Origin: Mytilus trossulus
Lineage: Eukaryota
Direction of reading: 5' to 3'
Assembly (NCBI RefSeq): GCF_036588685.1
Contig: NC_086382.1
Location: forward strand, 25,296,001-25,360,000
DNA length: 64,000 nt
The notes beneath the pieces are model-generated. The model worked only from the letters and a program-made list of their open reading frames with translations. It had not been told where the DNA came from and searched no databases. This document shows, one piece after another, positions 22,990-37,500 of this stretch. The number at the start of each line of letters is the position of its first letter. The stretch's first letter is position 1. The position numbers and the translations under genes were made by a program.

Positions 22990-23710
22990 GGGGGGTCTTT
23001 TTGATAGTTTTGTGGTTTCTCTTAGACATGAACCCAAGATCTCCTTTTACTTAGATACATGTTTCTTGGTGATTGGTGCACTGCTCTATTATATCAATAA
23101 CTTTCTTTAAATGATCTTATTCTGGAAGATAATTTTTGGCAGAATATTGTGTCAGAATTCTAACAAATATCATAACTTGAATTCTAAACCTTGTTCTTAT
23201 AAAGAGGGGAAAGGCAAAGTTCTGGGTTCGGTTTTTTTTGTTGTTTCTCTTAGACAGGGGGGTCTTTTTGGTAGTTTCTCTTAGACATGAACCCAACATC
23301 TCCTTTTACTTAGATACATGTTTCTTGGTGATTGGTGCACTGTTCTATTACATCAATAACTTTCTTTAAATGATCTTATTCTGGAAGATAATTTTTGGCA
23401 GAATATTGTGTCAGAATTCTAACAAATATCATAACTTGAATTCTAAACCTTGTTCTTATAAAGAGGGGAAAGGCAAAGTTCTGGGTTCGTTTTTTGTTGT
23501 TGTTTCTCTTAGACAGGGGGGTCTTTTTGGTAGTTTCTCTTAGACATGAACCCAACATCTCCTTTTACTTAGATACATGTTTCTTGGTGATTGGTGCACT
23601 GTTGTATTATATCACTAACTTTCTTTAAATGATCTTATTCTGGAAGATAATTTTGGCAGAATTCTAACGAGTTCTAACAAATATCATAACTTGAATTCTA
23701 AACCTTGTAC
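22990..23710. repeat. Tandem repeat, 259-bp unit, about 2.8 nearly identical copies
   Basis: Near-identical ORF-track peptides at 23117 and 23376 (offset 259); TTAGACATGAACCCAA recurs at ~23021, 23281 and 23540. Confidence 0.9.
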
Positions 23711-25271
23711 TCATATAGAGAAAGAAAAGGCAAATTTACAAAATGACAAGGGGGCAACATACAAATCAGTAATGAGATTTGAAAACAGCCTTTAATACTG
23801 GTAGTTCCGGAGCTTGTTTTTACATTTTCAACGGGATGTCATGTTTAAGACTCATCCTACTACTCTCGACTCAGTTTGCTTTGTGAATCAATTTGTTGAA
23901 AAAGATTTCATTCCATTCCGAATAAGTTCTCTATTCCTGTCTGTTATTTGATATCACAGTGCTCAGTGCTCATAAACAAAAACATATACTGATACTAATC
24001 TAACAGGTACATTTTGACATTGAAAGAGAACAAACTTAAGTGCCTGTAGTTTAGTGGACGTCTTTGGTTTGTGGTCTGTCATAGATATACTAGTAGGAAG
24101 ATGTGGAATGAGTGCCAATGAGACAACTCCCCATCCAAGTCTTAATTAATAAAAGTAAACCAATACAGTCTTCAACAGGGAGCCTTTCCACACACCAGAC
24201 ATATTTGATTTGTAAATTATTTTGTTTTTTTATTAATTAGGCCTTTAGTTTTCTCAATTGATTTGTTTCATATTTTTATGTCAGGCCTTTCATAGACTAT
24301 AATTTGATTTTCTCATTGTTGAAAGCCATAGATTTACTTATAATTGCTAATTGCTTACATCCATTTCATTAGAACTGTAGTGGACAATTGTCTCATTGGC
24401 ATTCATTCATTAGCCATAATATCATGACAGAGATACTATTTAATCAGCATTGGTTATTATCATACATATTCTAAAAAAAATCTATCATCTCATTTTTTCA
24501 AACATTTTTTTTTTGGTTCATACAAATTGTCTTTCCTTTTAAATTCAGTAAAATGAGATTTTCTATGCCTAATAATCAAACTGACACAACTTCTTATATT
24601 GAATGCCTGTGCATTTTTGATTGATTGATTTTTGGTTGCTTAATGTTCAGTGGCAAATATTTCATGCATAATCAGGATGTCTGTGCATGTTTGAGCAGAA
24701 TGATAACAGTAAAAAATTGCAACTAAGACTATGACAAATACTGTTGTACATTTTTAATAACTTTATTTAACATGGAATTCATATTTCCAATAAACTCTCA
24801 TACTTATTTTCTTCTTTTGAGAGAGTGATTTCAAACATACAATCTACAAATTGAAATACTATGTAAAAACTCAAATCATGTGTCCGTCAAATCCACCCCA
24901 AAACTTAATTTTCCTTTCTAAAGAGAGATTTTAAAAAACAAGAAATACATGAAGGGTAAAAATTTGGTCAAACATGAAATTCCATTTTCTATTCGTAATA
25001 ACTGCTTTTTTTCAGTTATTATTTTTTCTAATAAAAATCTTTAAAGATTTTGATGATTACCTGTATATCTATGACAGGATATAATTAGGTGAATAAAAGA
25101 AAGACCCAAAAGGAAGGAATACTACAACATAAAAAGTCATATATACATAGCACTAAGACGATTTATTTTCTCTCATACAACACATGCATGTACATGTTCA
25201 AGAAACTCACTATAGTCCTTTCGTACTGATTTGCAATGTTTGGTGGTACCCATTCGTGAACTGTTTCTGCT

Positions 25272-25500
25272 AGTTTACTGTCAGTTTATTAAGTTTTAAC
25301 TGTCAGTTTATTCACAGTTTTTACAGTTTTACTGTCAGTTAATTAAGTTTTAACTGTCAGTTTATTCACAGTTTTTACAGTTTTACTGTCAGATTATTCA
25401 GTTTTTACTGTCAGATTATTAAGTATCAACTGTCGGTTTATTTAGTTTTAACTGCCAATTTTTTCACATTTTACCATCAGTTTATTCATAGTTTTAACTG
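25272..25500. repeat. Degenerate ~21-bp minisatellite just downstream of the PAXBP1 stop
   Basis: Repeated AGTTTT(A/T)ACTGTCAGTTTATT motif. Confidence 0.8.
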
Positions 25501-25577
25501 AGTTAATGCAGTGATTTTGGAGTGTCACACAGTTAAACACAAAGTTTTTGAAATTCCTGTACAGTTTCCTCTGTTAG

Positions 25578-28500
25578 TCATGTGACTTTTGGTAGATTTG
25601 TAACGAGATCCATGGCATGAACACCGATAAGCATCTTACTGATCTGTTTGGCATATTCTCTGCAAAAGAAAACAAACATAATCATTTAAATATTTAGATT
25701 TTTTTTTAAAACAACATTCAATTAGATATGTAAGATATGCTGTGGGTTCATTTGGCAAAACTTTTAGGAATTTTGGTCCTCAATGCTCTTCAACTTCGTA
25801 CTTTATTCGGCCTTTTTAACTTTTTTGGATTCGAGCGTCACTGATTAGTCTTTTGTAGACGAATTGCGCGTCTGGCTTATATACAAAGTTTAGTCCTGGT
25901 ATCTATGATGAGTTTATTCATGACTATTCAGGAATTTATGGACCTAATGGGTGAATGTGGACAATAGCAAAGAATTTTTAAGTGTTTAACAAAGTACAAT
26001 TTTTTAAATGCTTTAACGCAACTTAAAAAACATTTTTTTTCTCAATTCACATGAATAAATAAATCCACAAAACTCTTGTGGCTATGTAATAAAATAAGAG
26101 AGAACAAGAATGTGTCCCTAGTATACAAATGCCCGAATTTTCTATGTTTAGTGGAGTGCGAAATTGGGGTAAAATTTTTAATTTGACATTACAATTAGAG
26201 TGATCATATCATAAGGAACATGTGATCTAAGTTTCAAGTTGATTGGACTTCAGGTTCATCAAAAACTACCTCGACCAAAAGCTTTAACCCAAAGCGAGAC
26301 GGACAAACAAACAAAAGAATGGACAAATGAATGGACGCACTCACAGACCAGAAAACATAATGCCGATAAATTAGCCATAAAAATGGGGCATAAAAAATAT
26401 ACCATCAACAACTGAATGAGTAAAAAGTTTGTTTTAGATCTCCATTGATATATAAATTTTTCAATCTATTTATGCCTCGTCTCATGTGTTGGTCATTTTG
26501 ATTATTGCTAGTGTTTTGTCTGCTGCTTTCTCGTTCATTCTTATATTTGAGTAGGATTTGCCGCATTTGAAGGGGCTCACGGGAATAAATCAAATTTTTT
26601 TTTAATATAGGATATGGATTTTTCGCATAAAAAAGTCGAGTCGGTCGGTCGGAAAAAAAAAGAAAAAAAATATCTTTCAAAACAGAAAAAATATGCAAAA
26701 TAAATATATATTTCACCTTACTAACAAAATGTTTGTCTTATCTGCTGTTTTGTCATCATTTCTTAACATTAAGTTCGATGAAATATTATTGATCAGTAAT
26801 CATGAACATCGCATGACATTGTTTAATAATTTCCTGTAAAAAAAGGGGGGTTGCACGGACAAAGACAAAATTAAATTGTCATTTCACAAACAAGAAAAAC
26901 AGATTAGCGTAGCTCTCAATCAATTCCAGAAAACTTGGTGAATAATGATCTTCAAGCACAAAAACTGATAAAAGAAAAAAAATATAAAAACATCGTACAA
27001 AAATAAGTTTCAACACACGTGTCGAAAAACGTAATAGACTCGTCCACTGGAAAAATGACAATATCGGGTTAATTAGTTGTCATGCAATCCGGTTTTTATC
27101 CCAATGATCGATATTTTTTGTTTTCTATGAAACAAGAAAATTTCAAATGATTTTTTAATATTCAGTACTTTAATTGATGTATTCCACCTGTCCACATTTG
27201 GACAAGTCTATTTCTCTGTGATGATGCATCTTACGGACTGATGACAAATAAGAGAAACGAACTTATTTTGTAATTGGTTTTAAACACAGGTTTCTTTCCG
27301 CTAAATAATTTGCGCAATAGACATTTCAAGGTCAGTTATAATTGATTTGTCTATTTTTAGAAACGTAAATTGGAAGTTTTATTTTTCACAACAGAAAGTG
27401 ATATCAACTTTGTTAATGATTAATGCATTTCATTTCATAAAAGAAGAAAATTTTAATTATTTTTCAGGGATAATGCATTTATAAGGGTCGGCGGGAATGA
27501 AAAAAAGTCAATTTTATTTTTATTTTGAAAATCGGCAAAATCGGGTCAGCGGATCAGTAAACCAACAAATAAAAAAACCATGGCCTAATAGAAAAATAAA
27601 ATAAAAATATGGGGTCACCATTCATTTAAGCTCACAATTTGCCTCAGAAAGAAGCATACATTTTTGTTAATAACCTTTTTTTCTGTTGAACTAATAGGAG
27701 AAATATAGATAATATAGAAATAAAAAAATAACAGAATTACATAAATTGCAAAAATTTTACAATTATTTAGTATTATATGTAGAGCTTATTAGAAAACAAT
27801 AATAAAAAACATAGGTCACTGATGTGTTAAAAAAGGATATTATAATTTTAATGTCAAAAAATGTCATTTTTGCACCAAAGGGAGATAATTTGGAGCTTTT
27901 TCAATGATAAAACAATTTTTCAAGTCATCTGGGGCCAAACCAAATCGATTTTTGGGGTTGATTTTTGTACCATATCATAAAGTAATAACTAATAGTGTAA
28001 TACTAAAAAAAAAATTGTAATGAAAAAACAAATGTTTAATTTTTGGCTGAAATTTTTGTACCCACGAGCCTCCTTAAGGTTGTTTGCTTCTCTTGTTTGT
28101 GAAATTTTGCCAGTTAGTCAGATTCCCCTGGTTTTATACATGTAGCACACTTAAATGTTTTTACCTGATAACCACTACTTTTCTTCTTACATATAGTTTA
28201 AATAGCCATATTTCAAAATCTTACACAGGATTTTTTCAAAGCTTTTGAAAGAAACAGGTGCCAATGTTAGATGATGAAATAATCTCAAGAGAATAATTTT
28301 CTGACAGATTTTCAATGGCTTCTATCGTGAAAACCACCACACAACCACTTCATTTTTTTCTGCTTATTCCGTTCATTTATTTATATGCTATCAATTGATA
28401 AAAGTTGTTTAAAAAGCCTTGTTTCATAAAACAAAGAAATGACCATCTTAGAACCTTATAAGTACTGATGAAAAAGTGGATATTTTATGAAAAAAAAGAA

Positions 28501-31500
28501 AGAAAAAAAACCCAATCCCTTCCCCTCTAATTCTATAAACAGGATGTAGAATCAACATCAGATATAAAAGCACTGCTACAGAATTCCTTTTGTTTTCTTT
28601 AAGAGATGAACACTTACTTGGCTTCCATTTTTTGGAAATCTGTACGGGACTGAGTATGAATAGAATTAAATATTGACACTAGGTATCTACAGAGGTTTTC
28701 TAACTGTGGCATTGTTCTGTCTTCTGTTAAACCTGTAAACCATTGCTTTGGAAATGTTGATATGATCTGAAAATTGAACACAGAATATTATGAAACTTCT
28801 AACTCCTGATGATACATCATATGTCAGGGTTCTCGCTAAGGATTTTTGAAGGCGAGTCCAGGGACTTGTCATTTTTGGCCATGATGAGTACAACAGCAAG
28901 AAGAAAATGTTTTATTGCAATATAATATAATATTTTAGTCATCATTTCCTAACAGAGCAATGAAATGACATTAAATTCAGATCACTTTTCAATTTTGCCA
29001 TTAAATGATGATATTTGTGTTAAAATATTTCAAAATTGATGCATCTGTGGAATCACCAGTTTTGAAAATGGTGAGTCCAGACAGATTTTGATGAGAACTC
29101 CGAATTATGTAATGTATTGATAAGAGAATTAGTAATAAGAGGCATGGTGCTTGCTTTTCAGTTTAATTTTTAAAATCCATTTAATTGAGTCTGACGCTAG
29201 TTTCTCTCTTTGACATATCTTACAGCATTGAGTTATTATGTATATAATTATTGTACAGCGCCTTAGAGTAAATTTTATTTTTTACATAGGGAGCTCTATA
29301 AATTTTAATTGTTATTATTATTATTTATATTAATTATTATTATTATTATTATATGTACAAATGTATTTATAAATTTTAAGTTAAATTTTCAAATTTTAAT
29401 TTTGTTTTCTTAATGACAATGAAAAGTACACTACTTATGATATTTTTTTCTGTGCATGATTAATGGTTCAGGGAACAAGGTATACTACCACTTAAACAGC
29501 ATTAAAATGCTGACATTCATTTCTAAACAAATTTCTTATTTTTCAATCAACATTTCTACATATTAGCATGTATTCCTGTTATTTATGGAGCCCTGGATTA
29601 ATTATTTTTAGAGGATATAATTCTGTTCCCTCAATATTGAGATTCATCTGAGAATAATATTCAAAATGCCTTTTGAACCAAAGAAATAAAATTGAAATAT
29701 CCCACAAGCAATACTTTTTGATATAGCCTGGTTGATTTTTCACCAACTTGTTACTAATACACAATACATGTTCATTAGACTTACTGATTGACATTTCTGG
29801 ATAGTTTCTTGACCAATGGGTGAATTACACAGACCAAGTATGATATAACGATTTAATAACCCATCCAGGGCGAGACTGTGTAGTACTTTACTGGAGAGGA
29901 TTCCATGCCAACTCAAAATATTACCTAGCAGCTGAAACATAAAAGATAAATTACAATGAAAACTTTGATAAATTACAATTAAAACTATGATAAAATACAA
30001 TGCATTTTTTTTTAATATATTAACTTGTGAATATATGTCTTTTTTTTGTTGGAATCCAAAAATTCGACAATTGATTATTTTTGTCCAGTCATTTCTTTTA
30101 AACTTGCAGCCAACCAGGAAAGAGTGCTGACTAGACAAAGCATAGCCTTGCTTTTGCTCCCTGTTGAAGGCTTAATTTGAACCTGTAATGGTTTAATTCT
30201 ACAAATTGTGACTTGGATGGACAGCTGTCTCATTGGCGCTCATGCCACATCTTCTTATATATATATATATATCCACCAATTCACTTGTAAATATATTATG
30301 TGTTACTATACTGCTATGATTTACCTTTATACATGTCCAGGACTGTCTATGAAAGAATACAGATGAACCAGATCCTCTATTTTCCGTTACTCTGAAAAGA
30401 AAATTATCGTTATTTTCGAAAAAAAAAAAAAAAAAAAATCTTAGATTTTTCTGTTTAAGATTTTTCTGTTCAATAATTTTCAGTGTCACACTTCTGTAGT
30501 CAACTATGAAATAAAGGTCAAAACCCTTCAAACTTGTTTTTTTTAACAAAAGATGATTGCTTCCATTTTTTATTTACAAATGTATAAATTACTTATATTA
30601 TATAGTGTCTAAAAATAGCAACAATCAACATTCAATCTATCTAGGTGTGGATTAGTTTGTAAATAACTGATGCAGTTACTAAATTAAATTATAAAAGTGT
30701 CTAAGAATGTAACTTTAACACACTAATGAGTGTTATACAATTAGGTGTTATATTTTATATATTATTCACGCAATATTTCGCTATTAGACAAATTAGCTTC
30801 ATCGGGCGTGTGCATCTATCTAGGTGAAATCGGATGCATGACAAAAAATATCTTTGTAGCTTGAGCTACACAAAAGTTTCACATATTGATTGATGGTCTG
30901 TATAAAACAATTTTTTGCCGTTTATTGTACATAAACATTTTTTTTAAATTAAAACAAATAGTTGTTATAGTTAAAAAGAAATTAAAATTCATGATTTATT
31001 CCTTTGGTTTCAGGTAGAATTTTTTTCATCCCTCTCATTAAGTCCATCAGGTTCAAGAGTACGTAGCTGATGCATCCAGAACCTTTCTCTCTGTTTCCTC
31101 CTTTCAGATTTTGGTTTACCTCAATTATTTGAAAGGTGATATTATCAAAAGTATGTCCTGTTCTTAAGAGATGTCTCCTAAATGGACAGTTTCTTTCTTT
31201 TGTATAGAACGACCGGTGATTGTTAAGTCTGATGTTGAATGTAGTTTCTGTTTCATCAACATACTGCAGCTTGCAAGTTCCACATATAAGAATATAAATA
31301 CTATTTTCCGTTTTGCAATTAGATGTAACATAGATGATGTATGGCTGCTTTGTTACTGTGCTGCTGAAAGAGTTTCAGTGTTGGCTGCTTTGCATCACTT
31401 ACAATTGCTTCTACCGCATTGTTTGTAACACCCAAATTTAGAAGTTTCTTGTTTCTTTAATTTTAATGTCACAAGTATGTCTTTGAGATTTTTGGGTCTG

Positions 31501-34500
31501 CGATAGGCAATAACAGGAGGTGATGGGAAAATTTCTTTTAAGGAAGAGTCATTTTCTATTAGACGCCAGTGCTTTCGGACAGAAGATGATATATTTGTCA
31601 AATCGGGATGGAAGGTTACTTATTACTTATATTATATGTAAAATATATATAATACTGTTATTAGGAGAAGAGATCAAAAGACTTACGATTTGGGATAAAG
31701 AGGCATAAAAACATCATCATCAAGGGTCTTCTTCATTCTGTTAACAACAGCTCTCAGTAATTCCTGTAACAAAAGATATGGAATTATAAGTCAACATTTC
31801 TGGCATAAATTGTTCTATAAAGATTCTGTCAATGGTTCTACTTGATATTTAGAATTCAACTTTTCAAGGTTTACATAAATGTTTTATGAAAGGATATTGA
31901 CAGATTACTTTCAAGTTATACAAGATAAACCAATAAAAACATAATGCACTTTAATGTATTTTTTTATTTTCAAATCCTTGTTTATACTTCACAGATTAAT
32001 AATAATACACATTTTAACTCTGGATAGTTCCTTTTACAACTATATATAGTTATAAGAAGATGTGGTATGAGTGCCAATGAGACAACTCACCATCCAAGTC
32101 ACAACGTATAAAAGTAAACCATTATAGGTCAAAGTACGGTTTTCAACACAGAGCTTTGGCTCACACTGAACAGCAAGCTATAAATGACCCAAAAAATTAC
32201 TAGTATAAAACCATTCAAACAGGAAAACCAACAGTCTAATCTGTATAAAAAACAAGAAACACTTATGAACCACAGCAACAAACCACAACGTCAGATTCTT
32301 GACTTTTGACAGGTGTGTATACAAAGGCAGCAAGTTTAAACATTTTAATAGGTACCAACCTTCTCCCTTATCTGCTATTTTTAAAACAAAACATGCATAG
32401 ATCTAACCTGTTTAGCTGGAGTAGCGCCATATTACTACAACTACACATTAGAAACAACCCAGTCATATTTATGGCAATAACACTGATAATCCTAATCGAC
32501 TAAGATTGGGAGCCAAACACACCATGCCACCAAAAGGGTAGGAATTCACAAACTCAAAGTTGAAAGTCTAGTTTTCAGTAAATGAACTAATCAAGACAAC
32601 CTGGCCACAGAAACCCTTTTCGGGAAAGTTTTACTTAGACCACTTGGCTATGCAAGACCTTTGACAAGAGGAGTTATATCATAATGATTTTCAAGACCTA
32701 TTTTTGCTCGCTTGTGCACTTTATTACGCTGTAAATGTGGTTACAACATGGAATGTCTCCTTACCTGTGTTTTTTTGTTATCAGCATGAACTGATGGATA
32801 TTCATTTATAATTTTTTGAACGACATTTACTAGCCTGGAAGTTTGTGTTGTTGATAATGGATCCCAAATTTTCTCAGCAAATACTGAAAAGCAAGATGAC
32901 ATTCAAATCAGTGTGCATACAAATAAATCTTGAACATAAAATTGATCTTTTAAAAGTATCAACAATTTGTAGAATAATTAAAAAAAATAATCATGATAAT
33001 CGAGCAAATTTAAAATTTCTGTTTACGTTTCTTTTAAGTAAAGAAGGACATTGAACCATTCATTTTAATAGACAAAATAAAAATTGAATTTGTCGCCAAA
33101 GTTTTTCTATTGACCAAAAACTCTTTTTTGTGAAAATCTCAACTTAACACTGTAAATCAAGAACTATAGCAGCTTTCAATCCATTTCGATACTGAACATG
33201 CAATACAACTGTCATAGAATAATATTACATAATTATTTAAAGAGATTTTATGTAGTCATTCCATTCCATTACTAACTATCGGGCCAATACACTGTTTTAC
33301 TATTTGTCTGTTGTTAGTGACACACACATCCTCGAAATATTTTGATGCCAGTAGTACAAGTGTCACTTTATATCGGGTCAAGTGATTTCAACAGATTTCA
33401 AAAATAGTAATGAGATCTTTTAAAACAAAATAAAAATAGATTTTTAGCTCTTTTCCTTAAATTGCCTATCTTACCAGTAAGACGAGGTTGAATAATTTTT
33501 TCCACAATAGTGGGTAATAATTTTACATCATCATCAACATTTTCCACTAATTCTTCAAGTTTTGAACCATAAAAAAGCATGGTATCAAACCAACTGTTCT
33601 CTTCAAAATCTCGACAACTTTCCTATAAAAGAAAGATTTCATAATTGATAATCATGCATATTTAAAAGCTTTTTTTAACATTTACAGATCTGTTTTTATT
33701 TAAATTTCTCCTTTAATACAATTTCCCTCTGACAGTGGCTTAGGTTAGCTCGTCTTTTAAAATATTCTGTTAACTTCTTTTTGATAACACGTTTTTCAAA
33801 TGCTTTAAATATTTATAAGCAGCCCACAAAAATATCAAGATCACAGTCCTTTTTCACAAAAAGGAATATGTAAGTTATTACACAAATTGTTGCAAGTTGA
33901 TGAACATAGACAATATATGAGCATGTAATTCAGTGGATGTCTTTTGTTGCTGTTTTCATAATTCAGTTTTTCGTTCATTATTTATGAACACAAATCAGGC
34001 ATTAAGTTTTCTAGTTTGAATTGTTTTACATTTGTCCCTTCCAACTTTTCTAGCTGACTGTGTAGTATGGTTTTCACTCATTGTTCATGTTGTTGAAGAC
34101 TTTTAGTGACACAGTTGGGGAAAATTTTTTGAATCCCCTACTGCGTTATTCAATATACCCTCCCATTTCTGCTCAGCTGCTTTTACAACTGGTATTGCAC
34201 CTTGATTTAAAATACTATACATGTCTTTTAAACCTTTGTTTGACTTGAAAAAATATTAATATTAAAAGGTAACAAAGCTTGTATTTTTTTTCACTTTCAG
34301 TGTTGATTCCCATAAATTGTAACCATTTTTTTAATGCTACTTTAATACCATAAAATTGTAAAAATGTGGGTTTAAAAGAATATAGCTGTTCAAAGTTTTT
34401 GATAAGACAATATATTCCCTTGCTCATCTTGAAGGTCATTCACAGTCCATACTTCTATAATAAACACTGAAGTTATCAATTTTGATGTTCTCATTTTTCC

Positions 34501-37500
34501 ATACAGAGAAAGATATGACTTCCTCAAAATAGTGAGGAGGTCAGAGTCTAGACATATTTTTCCAGGCACAAATAACTTATTTCCAAAAATCGTTATCTAA
34601 TTGTTTAGTTGTTCCAAAATAAGCCAACTTTGTAAAATTTATATTTTGTGTAGCAGTAAATAAGTTGATCCACTTTGAACTTGAATTAAACAATCTTCTA
34701 ACCCAGGTCAATTTTAGCCTTTGTATAAAATTTCTCAAATTAATCATTTTTAATCCACTTCTACAATTTTCTTGACATAAAAGACCTATAATTAATTCAT
34801 GTGTCATTTTGTCTCTTGTTCAGAGATGTCTTATTGGCATTGGTACCACATCTTCTTATTTTTATATAGACATGTAACTTCATTTTTATGTAATAAAGAA
34901 AGATAGAATTATTTTTGTAAAGCTTTTATGAAAGGTGTGAAAGGAGTAAGTTCGATAAGTGCCACATTTGGCCCCAATTATAAAGTTCATGGTTACAAGA
35001 CGGAAATTGTTTTAAGTTGCCTTAAAGACATGTGAGAAAGTTAAACAGAGCTTTTTTTTGACAAAGTTTAATTCTAACACTTTGATTTTTACATCCCAAA
35101 AAGGTCAAGATAAGGGATTTTGGTGAAATTTGACAAAATCAGCTGGATTTCAACCAAAAAAGGACCAGGAAACATAGAGCGCAGGCGTCGACAAGCTTAA
35201 TATTCAAATAAGACATGTTAGATGTCTTCACAAACATTATTTTAAAAGATCTTTGTTGTCGACGTATGCGCCCTATGTTTCTTGTCAAATAATCTTTGGA
35301 AATTTACCCATTTTCATTGATTTTTTCGTGAAAAATCAATATGAGTACAACTTGTGACGTCATAATGAAATGCAGAAACGTAAAATTTTCAACAAAATGG
35401 CTTATATCCTATCTAGTCAATGTATTAGCTATAATTTATCGTAATATTGGTCAATAAATCCGAATTTGAAATTTACGCTAAAAAAGGGGGCCATTTTAGG
35501 ACCTTATCGAACATACTCCTTTACACCCCAAGAAGTACAAACATAAACAATTTCAATAATAGTTGTCAATTTGGTCTGGATTTTAATTAAATTTGATTGG
35601 GTTTAGGAAATCCAGGGCTCATGATGTTGGAAACACTAAATATTGATGTTTGCCTTTAGAGCTTGCTGTTCAGTGCTAGCCAAGGCTCTGTGTTGAATGC
35701 TGTTCTTTGACCTTTAAATGTTAACTTTCTATACCTTGTGACTTGGATGGAGTGTTGTCTCATTGGCACTCATACCACATCTTTCTTTGTATACTCTGAA
35801 ATTTTAGCTAGAAATTGGGGCATAAATCTTCACCTTTTCTTGTTTAATTGTTATCCTACCTGTAATGGATTCCAGTTGATCAGCTGTAACCGTACAAATG
35901 GATTCACCAGTTTGGGTAGACATAGTCCTATATAGGCCTCTTTATATGTATCATTGTATAAAGACCTCCAGTCCTCAAATCTTTCTCGTATGGAATGGAT
36001 CTCACTAAAATCTTCCACCACGTCCTCAAATAATCTCTCAACTCCAGTGTGTATGCTTTCTAAGAATAAAAAGAAACATTTCTTGGTTAAAAATATTTCC
36101 TCAGGGTAAAACTTTTAAAAATTCATGTTCCAAAGGTAAAATACTGTAGTATTTTTTGTTAAAACGATAGAATGATTATAAATACAACTGTATTGCAGTT
36201 TCCAACTATAACAGTTTTCCTAAAAAAAAATGACTTGACCTGTCTGTAATTACTTTTTCAAACATTCCTGTTCAGTTTAAATTTTATTACTATCTTATAG
36301 ATAGTTTACACAATATCTACCTTTTCACACTCTGTAACAACTGTATCTAAATGCTATAGACAGTGCAATTATACAGAATTTTTCTATGTAAGGATCCTCA
36401 ATTGAAATGTTGACTGTTGTAAATATTCACACAGATACTTCAGGTATCACCCGAACAGGTCACTAAGGTGCTCAATTTACAGATTTATCATACTCAAAGA
36501 CTAAAGAGAGTTAACAACACATTTACAATATTTAATGTCATTTTTGAAAAAGCATCATTAAGTCAACAAATGGCCTTTGGGAGATATTTTATGTACACTC
36601 TATGCATATCTTTTAAGTGGGTAGGGTATGATGAATAAAATATCTTTCCACCTTTTTCCAGATTAAATTTAGTAATTTCTGATTGGTTTTGTTCGTCATC
36701 TGAGGAAAGACCATCATGGTGACCTACAATATCTTTAGACTCTCTTAACCTTCTTCTCCTGGCCCTGAAACAGAGAATAACTATGTCAACTTGTTTGCTA
36801 AATAAATGAAGGGCACAAAGCATATTAATTAACATTCTGTGCTAGTGTGTTTGAAAAAGCTCAAGTGTGTGTTTTTATCATTGTTTTGTTTTTTGTAATG
36901 GTTGGTTCTCCAGAGGTAAAACAAATTCATAAAAAAGACATGTTTGCTAATTATATATGTATATTTTGCATACGTATATTGGTGAAACTAAGTTTTTAGT
37001 AATTCTTCTTGTCCTTATTAGAGGGTTTTATTACACAAATATGAAAAATATGTGTATACAATGAAGAAATAAAATCACAGGAGCACAATGAACGCAAAAC
37101 TGCTGAAAGATTTGTTTTTTATGCAATTTCTGAAAACATACCTCCTGGCCTCTCTTTCAGCAACTCTTCTTTGTCTTTCCTGGTCTTCAGATGTCTCTAT
37201 GACAACTATAGCTTTACCTGAAAGATTAAAGGTTACAAACTTAAGGTTTGAATTATTTTGCAATTACACATGAACCTTGGAACCTCCAAGAATCCTTATT
37301 CTTGAGTGACCTTTAAATAAGTCAAGATTTGGCTTGGGTCTTTTTTCAAAATCAAAAGGAGGAGATCAATTTAGAAGAAAAAATATTGAATATTGTTAGC
37401 ATAATTATGATTTGTTATGATCACTTACCTTTGTAACCTACAAATAAAATCTAGCGTTTCCTTACCTGTTTAACAATATCATTTGAGCAATGTTTTGGAG

